A stretch of DNA of 32,000 bases from Mycobacterium leprae TN (GTDB lineage: Bacteria > Actinomycetota > Actinomycetes > Mycobacteriales > Mycobacteriaceae), in NCBI RefSeq assembly GCF_000195855.1, contig NC_002677.1, positions 150,001-182,000 on the forward strand, written 5' to 3'. This document shows, one piece after another, positions 1 through 11,740 of the stretch. Every line of letters begins with the position of its first letter. The stretch's first letter is position 1. The notes beneath the pieces were generated by a model. The model saw only the letters and a program-made list of their open reading frames with translations. It did not search any database and had not been told where the DNA came from. A program made the position numbers and the translations under genes.

Positions 1-125
1 ATGGCGGCTAGCACGATCCGCGCAGGGGCGTTGCGCAGGTAGCGCTTGCAGATGGCCAGTCCTATTTCGGAGGTCCCCCCGAGCAGCAGCACTGTCTGCG
101 GATGTCCTACGGCGTCGAGCACCAT
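1..125 (-). CDS. dprE2: Decaprenylphosphoryl-2-keto-ribose reductase, N-terminal part only (3' part outside window)
   Basis: Minus-strand translation from ATG at 125: [41 protein letters not shown], an SDR nucleotide-binding start matching Rv3791; lies directly downstream of dprE1. Confidence 0.9.
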   Translation of the reverse strand, partial: MVLDAVGHPQTVLLLGGTSEIGLAICKRYLRNAPARIVLAA

Positions 126-127
126 AT

Positions 128-1510
128 TTAGAGCAACTCCAAACGTCGGGCCATGTCGGAGGAGAAAACCCGCAAGGGGTCGACCTTGCGGCGCACAGCG
201 ATCCACTCGTCGATGCGCGGGTACATGGCGTGAAAGGTGTCAGCGGTGGTACGGGAGTCCTTGGCGGTGTAGAGTCGCCCTCCGAGTTCCATGACCCGGC
301 GGTCCAGCTTGTTGACAAATTCGTTGAGTCCGGATTTGATCGGGAAGTCCACGCAGATATTCCAGCCTGGGATCGGGAAACTCAGCGGTGCCTGGTTTCC
401 GGGGCCGAACAGCTTAAACACGTTCAGAAATGAATAGTGACCGCTGCCTTGCATGTCACCGATGATCCTCTTGACCTTGTCGACCGCTTCGGTGGGTATC
501 ACGAACTGGTATTGTAGGAATCCTGCTGCGCCGTAGGCGCGGTTCCATTCGCCGAACATGTCCAACGGGTGGTAAAATTGTGTCAGGTTCTGGATCTTGC
601 CTCGGTAGGTGCCAGACTTGCGGTACCAGAGTTCACCGATCGGCATGAAGGTATATTTGTTGGCCAACCCGTTCGGAAAAACATCGGGCAAGGTAAGTAA
701 TTGTGGTGCATGAAATTTCAGTGGATTGCGCCGCAGCTTTGCGGGCAACTGGTCCAGCCTGGCTAAGCAGCCGCGTGATACCGCCGCACGGCCCAGTTTC
801 GGGGAAGCGCTGATGGCGTCGAACCAAGCGCTGGAGTAGGTGTAGTCAGCCTCGCTGCCGTCGCTATGCAATGCGATGGTTTCGTCGAGGCTACCGGTGA
901 TGTCGCCGTCAGCGATGAAATAGGCTGTCTCGGTCGGCATCATTTCGATGGTAGCGCGCATGATGATGCCGGTTAGGCCGTTCCCACCGACGGTGGCCCA
1001 GAACAGTTCGGAATCCTTGCCTGTTGGCGTGAGTCGCCGCACTTCGCCACTGGCGGTCAGCAAGTCCATGCTGCGCACATAGTTGCCGAAGCTGCCCGCG
1101 CTGTGATGGTTTTTGCCGTGGATGTCGCACGCGATCGCACCGCCGATGGTTACCTGTCGGGTTCCCGGCAACACCGGTATCCACAGGCCGAATGGCAGGG
1201 CCGCTTTCATCAGCTTGTTCAGGTTGACGCCGGCGTCGACGTCGGCCAACTTGGTGTCGGTGTTTATGCAGTGGATGGTGTTCAGCGGGGTCATGTCGAT
1301 CACTAACCCACCACCGTTTTGCGCATTGTCGCCGTAGGACCGGCCTAGCCCGCGGGCTATCACCCCCCGGCCGTCGGCATCGGCGACCCGGGCCACTACC
1401 TTGGATATCAGCTCGGCATCAGGGGTGCTGAGCACGTTTGCCACCGACGGTGCAGTACGCCCCCATCCGGTCAGCCGGGTTGCGGTGGTGGAAACTCCCA
1501 TGTTCAACAT
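128..1510 (-). CDS. dprE1: Decaprenylphosphoryl-beta-D-ribose 2'-oxidase (FAD-dependent), DprE1
   Basis: Intact ORF with [17 protein letters not shown]-type FAD motif, [12 protein letters not shown] and the [12 protein letters not shown] motif; ATG at 1510 preferred over the TTG at 1516. Confidence 0.97.
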   Translation of the reverse strand: MLNMGVSTTATRLTGWGRTAPSVANVLSTPDAELISKVVARVADADGRGVIARGLGRSYGDNAQNGGGLVIDMTPLNTIHCINTDTKLADVDAGVNLNKLMKAALPFGLWIPVLPGTRQVTIGGAIACDIHGKNHHSAGSFGNYVRSMDLLTASGEVRRLTPTGKDSELFWATVGGNGLTGIIMRATIEMMPTETAYFIADGDITGSLDETIALHSDGSEADYTYSSAWFDAISASPKLGRAAVSRGCLARLDQLPAKLRRNPLKFHAPQLLTLPDVFPNGLANKYTFMPIGELWYRKSGTYRGKIQNLTQFYHPLDMFGEWNRAYGAAGFLQYQFVIPTEAVDKVKRIIGDMQGSGHYSFLNVFKLFGPGNQAPLSFPIPGWNICVDFPIKSGLNEFVNKLDRRVMELGGRLYTAKDSRTTADTFHAMYPRIDEWIAVRRKVDPLRVFSSDMARRLELL

Positions 1511-1577
1511 CGTCAAAGAGAGTACCGCTTGGTTCTGCGACGATGCGGGATTTTTCTTCCCGGTAGTCCGGGCTAGT

Positions 1578-2345
<768 letters not shown>

Positions 2346-2782
2346 ACCATAGATTGGACTGCTTCGTTCACGATTATCGACCTTTTGCGGCGTTCCGGTG
2401 CCTCCCTTGTCGTCGAACGTCCAGCTTGCTTTGTCCAGTCTTGGGTTACTGGATTACTCATGTGTACCAAGAATTCGATTCGTCGCTTTTCGCTGTTACC
2501 TCGGCCCGACGCAGTCGTCGTCAATATGCGACAAGCATTTTGCAGCCAGTCATTTACCGGGATCCTGACTCTGTTGACGGTTCTATCTTCTGTTGTTGGG
2601 CTTGGCCGAATGCATAGTAATTCGGCCACCGACCTCACGTTGAGTGTGGTCTGCGATACTACTAATCGCGGAAGGGTGTGTCATGCAACATTGTTCGGAT
2701 TTTCCGGCGAGATGCTGCTCGCTCTGTGAAACCAGTCCGATTTCCAGTCGGGTGAGCCTTTTCGGCGGGTGCCCTACTGGGA

Positions 2783-3613
2783 TTACACCCAGTAGGGCAC
2801 CCGGGCGCGGTATTGCCGCATCGCGAACGCCGCTAAGAGCCACCCAGCGGCTGTTAGCGTCACCACCACTGCCCAATGCCGCAGCTCTTGGTGAGCACCC
2901 AACAGTGGTGCACGCACGATATCGAGGTAGTGCAGCAGTGGGTTAAGTTCGACTATGCTTGACCAGCGTCCCTCGCCCTGTTGCCGCAGCGCGTCGTCGT
3001 TCCAGATGATTGGCGTTATAAAAAACAACAACTGCACGACTGAGAACAGCAAGGGGCCGATGTCACGGTAGCGAGTTGCCAGGATGCCGAAACACAGTGA
3101 CACCCACACACTATTGAGGATTACCAACGCCAGCGCCGGAAAGACCGACAGATCGGCCCAAGACCACGGTTTAGGGAAGAGGATCCCAACGACGAGATAG
3201 ATGATGATATTGTGCGTGAACAAGATCGTCTGTCTCCACACCAGTCGGTAGACATGCACGCTCAACGGTGTGGGTAACTGTTTGATCAGGCCCTCATTCG
3301 CGACGAACACTTCAGCGCCTTCCAGGATTGCGGCGTTGATCAAATTCCAGATGATCAACCCAAGAGTGACGTATGGCAGGTGCACAGATAGGTCCAGGTG
3401 AAACAACTTCGAATACAGCCCGCCCATCGCAATGGAGGTGGTCCCGGTCGCGATGGTGATCCAGAACGGTCCTAGCACCGAGCGGCGGTAGCGCTGCTTG
3501 ATATCCTGCCAGCCCAGGTGTAACCACAGTTCGTGGCGGTGTAAGCCCTCGATCAGATCACTTCGGGCGCGAGCAAGAGTGCGTGACTGTGCTGCCGCAT
3601 CGACAAATGTCAT
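2783..3613 (-). CDS. wzm: ABC-2 type polysaccharide (galactan) exporter, permease subunit
   Basis: 276 aa, HELWLHLGWQDIKQRYRRSVLGPFW motif and multiple TM segments; next to glfT1 and wzt (Rv3783-like). Confidence 0.93.
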   Translation of the reverse strand: MTFVDAAAQSRTLARARSDLIEGLHRHELWLHLGWQDIKQRYRRSVLGPFWITIATGTTSIAMGGLYSKLFHLDLSVHLPYVTLGLIIWNLINAAILEGAEVFVANEGLIKQLPTPLSVHVYRLVWRQTILFTHNIIIYLVVGILFPKPWSWADLSVFPALALVILNSVWVSLCFGILATRYRDIGPLLFSVVQLLFFITPIIWNDDALRQQGEGRWSSIVELNPLLHYLDIVRAPLLGAHQELRHWAVVVTLTAAGWLLAAFAMRQYRARVPYWV

Positions 3614-3662
3614 TTGCGCTGCTCCTCCTCATTGTTTTGCTCTTCATCGTCGACGGTGCGCG

Positions 3663-4583
3663 TCATGATGATCCTCTCATGTCGGGCTTACCGAAATTCT
3701 CGCGACGTCCCAAGCGATGCAAGCGAATCCACTCTCGTAGCCCCTTGGGGTCGCGGCGGATAACGAGGAAGAACCAGCTGAACCGAAACCACTCTTGGGC
3801 TACCAGCTTGCGCAGACCCGGTTGTGCCATCAGGTAGCCGCGGTTTCGGTAAGTGAAGAATCGCTTGATGGGGTCGTCGGGATACTGGGTGTGCATGCGG
3901 CCGCCCAGGATCGGCCGGAACTCGTCGGATCCACAGGGATGTAGGTAGATTGTCTCCAGGCAGGTCCCGAATGGCAGGCCGGAACGTGCCAGCCGCCGAT
4001 GCAACTCCACCTCGTCGCCTCGTATGAACAGTCGCATATCCGGAACGCCGATCGAGTCTAAGGTGGACGCCCGAAACAGCGCGCCGTTGAATAGCGATGC
4101 GATACCCCGCAGCAGATCTTGCCCCTCTTTGGTACGCAATTCGCTTGCTCGCCTATGCCAGCCTAGGCCGCGCCGCAACGGAAACGCAAGCAGTTCCGGA
4201 TCGTCCAGGCTACACACCATCGGTGACACCTCAGCTAGGCCGTACTTATCGGCGCATGCCAAGAGGGTCGCAAGCATCCGGGTGTCCTGCGGGATCCCGT
4301 CGTCGTCGGCCAGCCAAACCCAATCAGCGCCCAGCGTCAGAGCGTGCAACATTCCTAGCGCGAAACCTCCTGCCCCTCCTAGGTTTTTGCGTGAACCCAA
4401 GTAAGTGGTTGGGATTGGTTGACCGTCAACAAGATCGCGCACCCGGCTGTGTTCAGCACCGTCGTTATCCACCACGATCAAGTGATCAGGTAACCGGGTC
4501 TGGGTGCTCAGCACATCCAACGCCTTGGCTAGCTCGCCGGGACGCCGGTGGGTAACCACGACGGCGCAGACGGATTCACTCAT
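3663..4583 (-). CDS. glfT1: Galactofuranosyltransferase GlfT1 (GT2)
   Basis: 306 aa with VCAVVVTHRRPGELAKALDVL, NLGGAGGFALGM, WVWLADDDG; Rv3782-like; overlaps wzt by 8 bp. Confidence 0.94.
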   Translation of the reverse strand: MSESVCAVVVTHRRPGELAKALDVLSTQTRLPDHLIVVDNDGAEHSRVRDLVDGQPIPTTYLGSRKNLGGAGGFALGMLHALTLGADWVWLADDDGIPQDTRMLATLLACADKYGLAEVSPMVCSLDDPELLAFPLRRGLGWHRRASELRTKEGQDLLRGIASLFNGALFRASTLDSIGVPDMRLFIRGDEVELHRRLARSGLPFGTCLETIYLHPCGSDEFRPILGGRMHTQYPDDPIKRFFTYRNRGYLMAQPGLRKLVAQEWFRFSWFFLVIRRDPKGLREWIRLHRLGRRENFGKPDMRGSS

Positions 4584-5394
4584 CTCCGGAAGCGTTTTGC
4601 GCGGAGGCAGTTTCGGCTATCACCTCGCGCACATGCCGGGCTGCGTCCTCGCCTTCGTAGGCACGCACTACGTCTTCGATGCCGCCGCTGAGCTCGATGA
4701 CTCCGTGGTCGATCCACATCGCGGTCTTGCACAATCGGGCCAGGAACTCGTTGGAGTGGCTAGCGAAGACCAAGATTCCAGAGCGTTCCACCAAGCTCTG
4801 CAGCCGGGATTGTGCTTTCTTCAGGAAGTCGGTGTCCACCGAGCCGATCCCTTCATCGAGTAACAGGATCTCGGGGTCGATGCTAGTGACCACGCCCATC
4901 GCTAGTCTGACTCGCATCCCGGTGGAATACGTGCGTAGCGGCATCGACAGGTAATCGCCGAGCTCAGTGAACTCAGCGATCTCGTCCACCTTGCCCAGCA
5001 TCTGCTTTCGGGTCTGCCCGAGGAACAGGCCGCGGATTATGATGTTCTCGTAGCCGGAGATCTCGGGGTCCATGCCAATCCCGAGGTCGAAAACCGGTGC
5101 TACTCGGCCGGTGACCTTCGCCCAACCTCGGGTGGGCTCGTAGATGCCCGAAAGCAGGCGCAGCAGCGTCGATTTCCCGGCACCGTTGTGCCCAACCAAA
5201 CCCACTCGGTCACCTACGCTTAGCGACATCGTGATGTCCCGCAATGCCTCGATGACGACGACGTTGGAGTTGTTGCGCCCAATGGTGCCGCCCGCCTTAC
5301 CCAGAACGGCTTTTTTCAACGAACGCGCCTTGGCGTCGAAAATGGGAAATTCCACCCACGCATTGTTTGTCTCGATATGAGGACCCTCCACCAT
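4576..5394 (-). CDS. wzt: ABC transporter ATP-binding subunit for galactan export
   Basis: Walker A GHNGAGKSTLLRLL and Walker B EILLLDEGIGSVD; Rv3781-like. Confidence 0.94.
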   Translation of the reverse strand: MVEGPHIETNNAWVEFPIFDAKARSLKKAVLGKAGGTIGRNNSNVVVIEALRDITMSLSVGDRVGLVGHNGAGKSTLLRLLSGIYEPTRGWAKVTGRVAPVFDLGIGMDPEISGYENIIIRGLFLGQTRKQMLGKVDEIAEFTELGDYLSMPLRTYSTGMRVRLAMGVVTSIDPEILLLDEGIGSVDTDFLKKAQSRLQSLVERSGILVFASHSNEFLARLCKTAMWIDHGVIELSGGIEDVVRAYEGEDAARHVREVIAETASAQNASGDE

Positions 5395-5412
5395 GAACGA
5401 CTTTCAATCGGC

Positions 5413-5949
5413 TTACAGGTACTGTCCAGTACCTTGACCGCCGGCTTGTCCTGGTTTGCCCATGCCCGGTGGCAATGCGCTGTGGCGCATTTGCTCCAGC
5501 TGTGCACGTGCGGCCATCTGTTGAGCGAACAGTGCGGTCTGGATGCCGTGGAACAGTCCTTCCAGCCAGCCGACCAGCTGAGCCTGCGCGATGCGCAACT
5601 CGGCATTCGACGGTGCTGTACTCTCGTTGAATGGCAGGGTGAGCCGGTCGAGTTCCTCGCGTAGTTCGGGCGCCAGGCCGTCCTCAAGCTCCCGGATGCT
5701 GGTGGCGTGGATCTCGCGCAGCTGGTTGCGGCTGGCTTCGTCTAGAGGCGCGGCACGCACTTCCTCGAGCAGTTGCTTTATCATGGTGCCTATTCGCATC
5801 ACCTTGGCGGGCTGCTCGACCAGGTCGGTTAGGGAAGGTTCGTCGGAGTCCCTGCTTTCATCCTCGCCGCGGGTCGCCATGGTCCGCGGATCGACCCCGC
5901 CGATGATCTCGATGCTGTCGTCGTTGTCGTTATTCAATCCAAACACCAT
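5413..5949 (-). CDS. bpa: Bacterial proteasome activator Bpa/PafE-like
   Basis: 178 aa; conserved central helical region and C-terminal ...GQGTGQYL, the GQYL proteasome-docking motif; Rv3780-like. Confidence 0.93.
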   Translation of the reverse strand: MVFGLNNDNDDSIEIIGGVDPRTMATRGEDESRDSDEPSLTDLVEQPAKVMRIGTMIKQLLEEVRAAPLDEASRNQLREIHATSIRELEDGLAPELREELDRLTLPFNESTAPSNAELRIAQAQLVGWLEGLFHGIQTALFAQQMAARAQLEQMRHSALPPGMGKPGQAGGQGTGQYL

Positions 5950-5964
5950 CCTTTTTCGTACTTT

Positions 5965-7929
5965 CTAGGCGCGGGTCGCTGTGGCGTTCCCGCTCCACTC
6001 GAAGATCCGGGCAGCACCGTTGTCGTAAATTTTCGTCCACGACTTCGATTCCTCTAGTGACACTAGTCCGTCGGGTATGGCAAACCCTTGCACCGTCGGG
6101 CTGGTGGTCAGGATGTAGCGAATATTGAACACTCGGACCGCTTCGACTACCCACGGATTGCCAGTGCGCGCGTAAGCCCAGAAGGCGTAACGGAAATAGC
6201 CCGGTCCCGTCTGTTGCGGGAAGTCGTAGTGGGTCCATAGCGGATGCAGGTCGGCCACCGCGTACATCCAGGAGCTGCCGTCGGTATTGGAGTTGCCAAT
6301 GATGGTGTTGTGTGCACCCGGAAGGGTGGCCAAGTAGGACATGGCGTCGAGATCTTTTTGGTTGACCATCACCGAGTCGTATTTATCGCCGAACAGGACT
6401 AGATGTCGAAAAAGATAGTGCCAGGCGGTTAACACGGTGGCCGCCACCAGCAGCACCACGGTGGCCGTTGTCCATACGGGTCTGGGCAGCGCGGTGAACC
6501 GGGCAGTGACTCGTCGAGCGCCGACGACCAGGAGTAGTACCCCGGCGAACAACGCGATGCCTGCCATCGGCGTCAGCAGCATGGTCACCACGGCCGAGAG
6601 CCGTCGCGGGTCATTGTAGAAGAACTGGCTGAAACTTTCTATGGCGGAGCCGATCGGGCCGCGAAACGGTGCCGCCGAGTAGACAGTCGCCACGGTCAAC
6701 ACCAGCCAGGCTATCGAGGGCCACCAGATTTTTTGGTACAGAAGGATTGCCATGCCAATGGCGGCTAACACCACCAAGCCGTATTGTATAGGGAAATCGT
6801 TGAGGTGGCGAGTGTGCAAAAGAAGTGCATCGATCACGCCTTGTTTCACGCTCTTGAAGCTGGGGAATGAGTGCCCGGCGATAATGTCGGCCTGGTTTAA
6901 CACCGCGATGAACTGCGGCGCCAGTATCAGCGCTGTCGGCATCACTACGGCGGCCAGGGTCCGCGCGTCGGCTGCCCGGCTGCGCACTGGATGCAATAGC
7001 GCGTTCATTAACCACCAACCCAACAGGAAAAGGCTGACGACGATCCCGCCAGTGAGATGTACCGAGAAGGTGCCCACCAGTGCCAGAATGGCCACCGGTA
7101 TGCGATCGCGGTGGCGCAACGTCGAGGTGATCAAGACCATCGTTGGTACCGCGACCCCGTAAGCCGCCAGGTTCGGCATCGCGGCGACACCGAACTCGAC
7201 ATAGGGGACCGAGGTGAATGCTGCCGACAGCGCGGCTGCGGTGGCCGACGCCCCAGCGGCGCGTTTTTGTGTCGTAACTGGGCGCAGCAGATGCCAAGTG
7301 AGGGTAGCTGCGCTGACCGGAAACAGCCAAACCGCCACTGCCAGTGAGCTCACGGTGTAGCCGGTGGTGGGTGCCGCCCCGGTGAGCTGGCAGTAGACTC
7401 CTGCCAGGGCATGCAACACTGACGGGTAATACAGCACCGAGTGCGTCTCGACGTTGCGAAGTTCACCCATGTGGGTGGGCGACGCCTGGCCGGTGTCAAG
7501 GATAAAACGCACAGTGTTGGCGTGCCAGACCGCGTCCCAGGTGCTGGGGATGGATTGCCAATGCAGCAGGCCACGGTAGGCTGCCCAGCCAATCAGTAGG
7601 GCGCCCAGCAATACTCCAACCGCCACCGTAACCGCTGGCCATCCGCTGATACCTCGGGTTTCGGCCGCGGTGTCGCGGTAGCGGACTAGAAGCAGCCGAA
7701 AAGCAATCATCAGCATGCTCACCGCGACCAGAGCGGCCAGTGCTGTCCAACTGTTCCAAGGTATTCCGACCGCGCCAAAAGGAATGATCACCAGCGCAAT
7801 CACGCCGTACGTCAACGCTGGACTAACCGCAATAGCTATCGGCCAGGTTAGCGCAGCGAAACGCGCGACGATTGTTTCCGGCACGATCAGCAAGAACAAT
7901 GCGATCAGCGTTCCGCAGCACAGTCCCAC
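5965..7929 (-). CDS. Large polytopic membrane protein, Rv3779-like (putative cell-wall glycolipid glycosyltransferase family)
   Basis: ORF 5965..8118; homology to Rv3779 begins at [18 protein letters not shown], a GTG at 7929, which also avoids overlap with the divergent gene. Confidence 0.85.
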   Translation of the reverse strand: MGLCCGTLIALFLLIVPETIVARFAALTWPIAIAVSPALTYGVIALVIIPFGAVGIPWNSWTALAALVAVSMLMIAFRLLLVRYRDTAAETRGISGWPAVTVAVGVLLGALLIGWAAYRGLLHWQSIPSTWDAVWHANTVRFILDTGQASPTHMGELRNVETHSVLYYPSVLHALAGVYCQLTGAAPTTGYTVSSLAVAVWLFPVSAATLTWHLLRPVTTQKRAAGASATAAALSAAFTSVPYVEFGVAAMPNLAAYGVAVPTMVLITSTLRHRDRIPVAILALVGTFSVHLTGGIVVSLFLLGWWLMNALLHPVRSRAADARTLAAVVMPTALILAPQFIAVLNQADIIAGHSFPSFKSVKQGVIDALLLHTRHLNDFPIQYGLVVLAAIGMAILLYQKIWWPSIAWLVLTVATVYSAAPFRGPIGSAIESFSQFFYNDPRRLSAVVTMLLTPMAGIALFAGVLLLVVGARRVTARFTALPRPVWTTATVVLLVAATVLTAWHYLFRHLVLFGDKYDSVMVNQKDLDAMSYLATLPGAHNTIIGNSNTDGSSWMYAVADLHPLWTHYDFPQQTGPGYFRYAFWAYARTGNPWVVEAVRVFNIRYILTTSPTVQGFAIPDGLVSLEESKSWTKIYDNGAARIFEWSGNATATRA

Positions 7930-8055
7930 TCGACTAGTATGACTTTCTGGGTGACCTTGCTCGCGACGTTCGACTGGTCGGAACGGCTTGGCCGTTTCAG
8001 TGGTATCCGCTACCGTCGCGAATTCGCGGAATGGCGAAACTCTAAGGTGGCTGGC

Positions 8056-9252
8056 ATGGCATATGACGCCGCCCGGGTGCGCGGTCTGCACCCGTCCCTG
8101 GGTGATGGCTGGGTGCATTTCGATGCGCCGGCTGGGATGCTGATTCCAGATTCCGTCGCGACCACAGTGTCGACTGCATTCCGCAGATCCAGCTCCACCA
8201 CATCAGGTGCTCACCCGTCCGCGCAGCGCAGTGCCGCGGTGCTGGCCGCGGCGCGTGCCTCGGTGGCCGATTTGTTCGGCGCGGACCCAGCTGGTGTCGT
8301 GTTAGCCGCCGACCGCGCGGTCTTATTGTCATCGTTGGCCGCAGCGTCGTCCTCGTGTGCCGGCCTGGGATACGAGGTGATTGTCAGCCGCCTCGACGAC
8401 GAGGTGAATATAGCTCCGTGGCTGCGGGCGGCACACCGCCACGGTGCAAAGGTGAAATGGGCCGAGGTCGATATCGAGACCGGTGAGTTGCCGACGTGGC
8501 AGTGGGAGAGCCTGATCGGCGAATCGACCCGACTGGTGGCCGTTACGTCAGCGTCAGGGACGTTGGGTACCGTTACCGACCTGCGGGCGATGACTAAGCT
8601 GGTTCACGATGTTGGCGGGCTTGTCGTAGTTGATCATTCCGCCGCCTCCCCCTACCGGCTGTTAGATCTCAACGAGACCGAGGTTGACGTGGTGGCGGTG
8701 AACGCTCATGCATGGGGCGGTCCGCCGATCGGGGCTGTGGTGTTTCGCGACCCCGGGTTGATCGACACCTTCACCTTAGCGTCGACAGACCCCCACGCCG
8801 CGGGCCCGGCGCGTCTGGAGGTTGGTTTGCATCAGTTCGGACTGCTGGCCGGTGTAGTGGACAGCATAGAATACCTTGCTGCACTTGATGAATCGGCTCG
8901 TGGCAGCAGGCGCGAACGATTATCGGTGTCAATGCAATCCGCCGGTTTGTATCTGAACCGGATATTCGACTACCTGATGATGTCGTTGCGATCTTTGTCG
9001 TTGGTGATGGTGATCGGCCGTCCGGAGGTGCGGATACCGGTCGTCAGTTTTGTGCACCAAGGGGTTCCTGCAGACATGGTGGTGCAGCGCCTGGCTGACA
9101 ACGGAATTCTGGCGATATGTGACCCAAGGTCACGTGTGCTTGACGTACTCGGCGTAAATGACATCGGCGGCGCGGTTACTGTCGGGCTAGCGCATTATTC
9201 GACGACGGTCGAAGTCGACCAGTTAGTGCGCACGCTGGCGTCGCTTGGCTAG
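8056..9252 (+). CDS. Aminotransferase class-V / cysteine-desulfurase-fold protein (Rv3778c-like)
   Basis: ORF 7939..9252; ATG at 8056 ([31 protein letters not shown]) matches the family start. The usual PLP lysine is absent (NAHAWGGP). Confidence 0.9.
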   Translation: MAYDAARVRGLHPSLGDGWVHFDAPAGMLIPDSVATTVSTAFRRSSSTTSGAHPSAQRSAAVLAAARASVADLFGADPAGVVLAADRAVLLSSLAAASSSCAGLGYEVIVSRLDDEVNIAPWLRAAHRHGAKVKWAEVDIETGELPTWQWESLIGESTRLVAVTSASGTLGTVTDLRAMTKLVHDVGGLVVVDHSAASPYRLLDLNETEVDVVAVNAHAWGGPPIGAVVFRDPGLIDTFTLASTDPHAAGPARLEVGLHQFGLLAGVVDSIEYLAALDESARGSRRERLSVSMQSAGLYLNRIFDYLMMSLRSLSLVMVIGRPEVRIPVVSFVHQGVPADMVVQRLADNGILAICDPRSRVLDVLGVNDIGGAVTVGLAHYSTTVEVDQLVRTLASLG

Positions 9253-10259
9253 TGGTGCCGCGAGAGTAAAGTCTCGGTTCCCGAGCCTGCGACGGTCAGC
9301 ACGATCTTCCCGGAAACCTTCCCTGACAACAACAGTTGGTGCGCGTCAGCCGCCTGTTGGACAGCCATGCGTGCTCCGATGATGGGCCGCACAGAACCGT
9401 CGGCGATCATCGGCCAGATCGAGGCCGTGACTGCGGCCACGATTTCGCTTTTACTGTTCGGGCCGTTTACGGGCCGGGCCCGCAGTGTACTGCCGATAAT
9501 CCGGGCCCGTTTGCTCAGCACCTTGCCGAGGTTGAGCTCGCCTTTTACCCCGCCCTGCAAGCCTATGACGATAAGTTGCCCGTCGATGGCAAGGGCGTCG
9601 ATATTGCGGTCCAGATACGCCGCGCCCATGATATCGAGGATTACGTCAGCGCCGCCATTCTGCTGCTGCAGCCGTGCGACGAAGTCCTCGTCGCGGTAGT
9701 TGATGGTAATTTGGGCGCCCAGGGCGCGACAAAATTCCAGCTTTTCTTCCGATCCAGCGGTGACCGCGACCTTGGCGCCCAACGCTCGTGCCACCTGGAT
9801 CCCGTGGCTTCCTATGCCACTGGTACCGCCATGCAACAGCAGCAGCTGGCCTGCGCTCAGATGAGCGGCCATCACCAGGTTCGACCACACCGTGCAGGCC
9901 ACTTCCGGTATTCCCGCGGAGTCGACCACGTTGACCCCCTTGGGGATCGGCATCACTTGGCTGGCGGGAACGGCGACATATTCCGCGTAGCCGCCGCCGG
10001 CAAGCAAAGCGCAAACTTCTTGTCCAACAGACCATTCGGTGACCCCTGAGCTGACTGCTGCGACGACACCGGCTACCTCCATGCCGATGATCGCACTGGC
10101 CCCTGGCGGGTGCGGATATTTTCCGGCTACCTGCAGCACGTCGGCGCGGTTTACTCCGGACGCTGCAACCTCGATCAGTACCTCGCCGGGGCCTGCTGTG
10201 ACATCGGGTACTTCCCGCCATACCATTTGGTTGGCTGATTCAGCGACGATGGCGTGCAT
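9249..10259 (-). CDS. Zinc-free MDR-family NADPH:quinone oxidoreductase (Rv3777-like)
   Basis: 336 aa; [49 protein letters not shown]. Confidence 0.93.
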   Translation of the reverse strand: MHAIVAESANQMVWREVPDVTAGPGEVLIEVAASGVNRADVLQVAGKYPHPPGASAIIGMEVAGVVAAVSSGVTEWSVGQEVCALLAGGGYAEYVAVPASQVMPIPKGVNVVDSAGIPEVACTVWSNLVMAAHLSAGQLLLLHGGTSGIGSHGIQVARALGAKVAVTAGSEEKLEFCRALGAQITINYRDEDFVARLQQQNGGADVILDIMGAAYLDRNIDALAIDGQLIVIGLQGGVKGELNLGKVLSKRARIIGSTLRARPVNGPNSKSEIVAAVTASIWPMIADGSVRPIIGARMAVQQAADAHQLLLSGKVSGKIVLTVAGSGTETLLSRHH

Positions 10260-10311
10260 GTTGTTACGGTACTACCCTCTTATTCCTTATATTGTTGATA
10301 TTGTTGTCAAC

Positions 10312-10398
10312 GGTGGCGTGGCAGAGCGGCCTAATGCGCTCGTCTTGAAAGCGAGAGACGGCTAAAATCGTCCGGGGGTTCAAATCCCTCCGCCACCG
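10312..10398 (+). tRNA. tRNA-Ser (anticodon UGA)
   Basis: Acceptor GGTGGCG/CGCCACC, anticodon loop CTTGAAA, long class-II variable arm GACG...CGTC, T-loop GGTTCAAATCC. Confidence 0.96.
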
Positions 10399-10494
10399 CC
10401 GTGCTGTAGTGGTACAGCTATCATGTATCACGCTTGTTTGTAAGTTGGTATGGCCGGTAACGCTGTTTTTTGCATCAGCTCGCGGAGCGATTGT

Positions 10495-11730
10495 TTAGTG
10501 CACCGGTATCTCGGCGGTGATGGTGTTCATTAGCGCGCCGTAGCGCCCGGCGTTTGGGTCCTGGCCGGGCTTGCCACTGCTGATCAAACCGGCGGCCATG
10601 CTGCGCTGAGGGTCAGCCCAGATGGCGATGTTGACCAGGCCAAGATGTCCGAACGCCGCCGGAGCGTTGCGTCCAAATGGCCCGAACTTGTTCGTTCCCA
10701 AGATGAATCCGGTACCCCAGCGAGCCGGCATCAGCCCCACCACGAAGTCTGGACGTAAACGTCGGCATTCGGCCACTGCACCGAGCAATGTTTCTGAGCG
10801 CAGTACCCGTATGCCATCGAGTTCGCCACCCCGAAGCCAGATTTCGGCGAACCGGGACAGCTCGTTGGCGGTTGACACGGTGTTGGATGATGGCACGATG
10901 GTGGTGAGAAAAGGCGGAGTGTTGGTGTAGGGGATGACTTCGTGCACGGTTCCACCGATCGCCTTACGGAAGATCGCGGCAATGATCGGAGGCAAAGGCC
11001 GTCCGGTGGCATGACTCAGAGCGACCAATGGGACGTCCTCCTCGGCCACGCCGAAGTTGGTCCAACGGAAGCCCAGCGGATCCAGGATTTCGGCGGCCAG
11101 AATGTCACGAATTTCCTTACCGGTGGCCGTCCAGATGATCTCGCGCATCAGCGGACCCCAAGTCAGGGCGTGGTAGATGTGTACCAATCCCGGTCGGTAG
11201 AATGGTCGCAATTCGCTGAGCTTTTGCTGCGCATACGCGTGGTCGTCTGCGCGGGTGACGTCTGGCCTAGGTCCTGTGGGGAAGGGTACGCCCGCGCTGT
11301 GGGTCAGCACATGCCGGATCGTGGTGCGATGTTTGCCGTAGCTTGTGTAGGTTGGCAGATACTCGCAGACCCGGTCGTCGAGTGAGAAGTGTCCCCGCTC
11401 CACCAACATATGGACCACGGTCGCGGTGATGGCCTTGGCTGCTGAGTACGCGCAAAATGGCGTGTCAGTCGTGACGGGAATCTTTTCGGCATCGTGCGGA
11501 TCAGTCGGTGCGTTGCCCCAGCCGTGGCCGATCGCGCGGTTTAGCACAACCCGCCCGTGTTGTCGGATGCATAACTGGATTGCGGGGTGCATGCCGGCCT
11601 GGTACCAGTGGCGAGTAGCCTGCCAGATTCGTTCGACGGCGGCGCTGTCGATGTCGGAATGGTCCTCGTCACCAATTGCCGTTACGGCGTCGAGGTCGGT
11701 TGGGACGCGGATCTTGCCGTCTGAAGTCAA
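10495..11730 (-). CDS. lipE: Beta-lactamase-fold esterase/lipase LipE
   Basis: 411 aa; serine-hydrolase SxxK motif in YSAAKAITA; HVLTHSAGVPF; Rv3775-like. Start would be TTG at 11730. Confidence 0.92.
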   Translation of the reverse strand: MTSDGKIRVPTDLDAVTAIGDEDHSDIDSAAVERIWQATRHWYQAGMHPAIQLCIRQHGRVVLNRAIGHGWGNAPTDPHDAEKIPVTTDTPFCAYSAAKAITATVVHMLVERGHFSLDDRVCEYLPTYTSYGKHRTTIRHVLTHSAGVPFPTGPRPDVTRADDHAYAQQKLSELRPFYRPGLVHIYHALTWGPLMREIIWTATGKEIRDILAAEILDPLGFRWTNFGVAEEDVPLVALSHATGRPLPPIIAAIFRKAIGGTVHEVIPYTNTPPFLTTIVPSSNTVSTANELSRFAEIWLRGGELDGIRVLRSETLLGAVAECRRLRPDFVVGLMPARWGTGFILGTNKFGPFGRNAPAAFGHLGLVNIAIWADPQRSMAAGLISSGKPGQDPNAGRYGALMNTITAEIPVH

Positions 11731-11740
11731 AGTGGGTGTC

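Noticed and set aside
7939-8055. 39-codon N-terminal extension of the class-V fold protein
   Set aside because: The ATG at 8056 matches the conserved family N-terminus; the extension is not supported.
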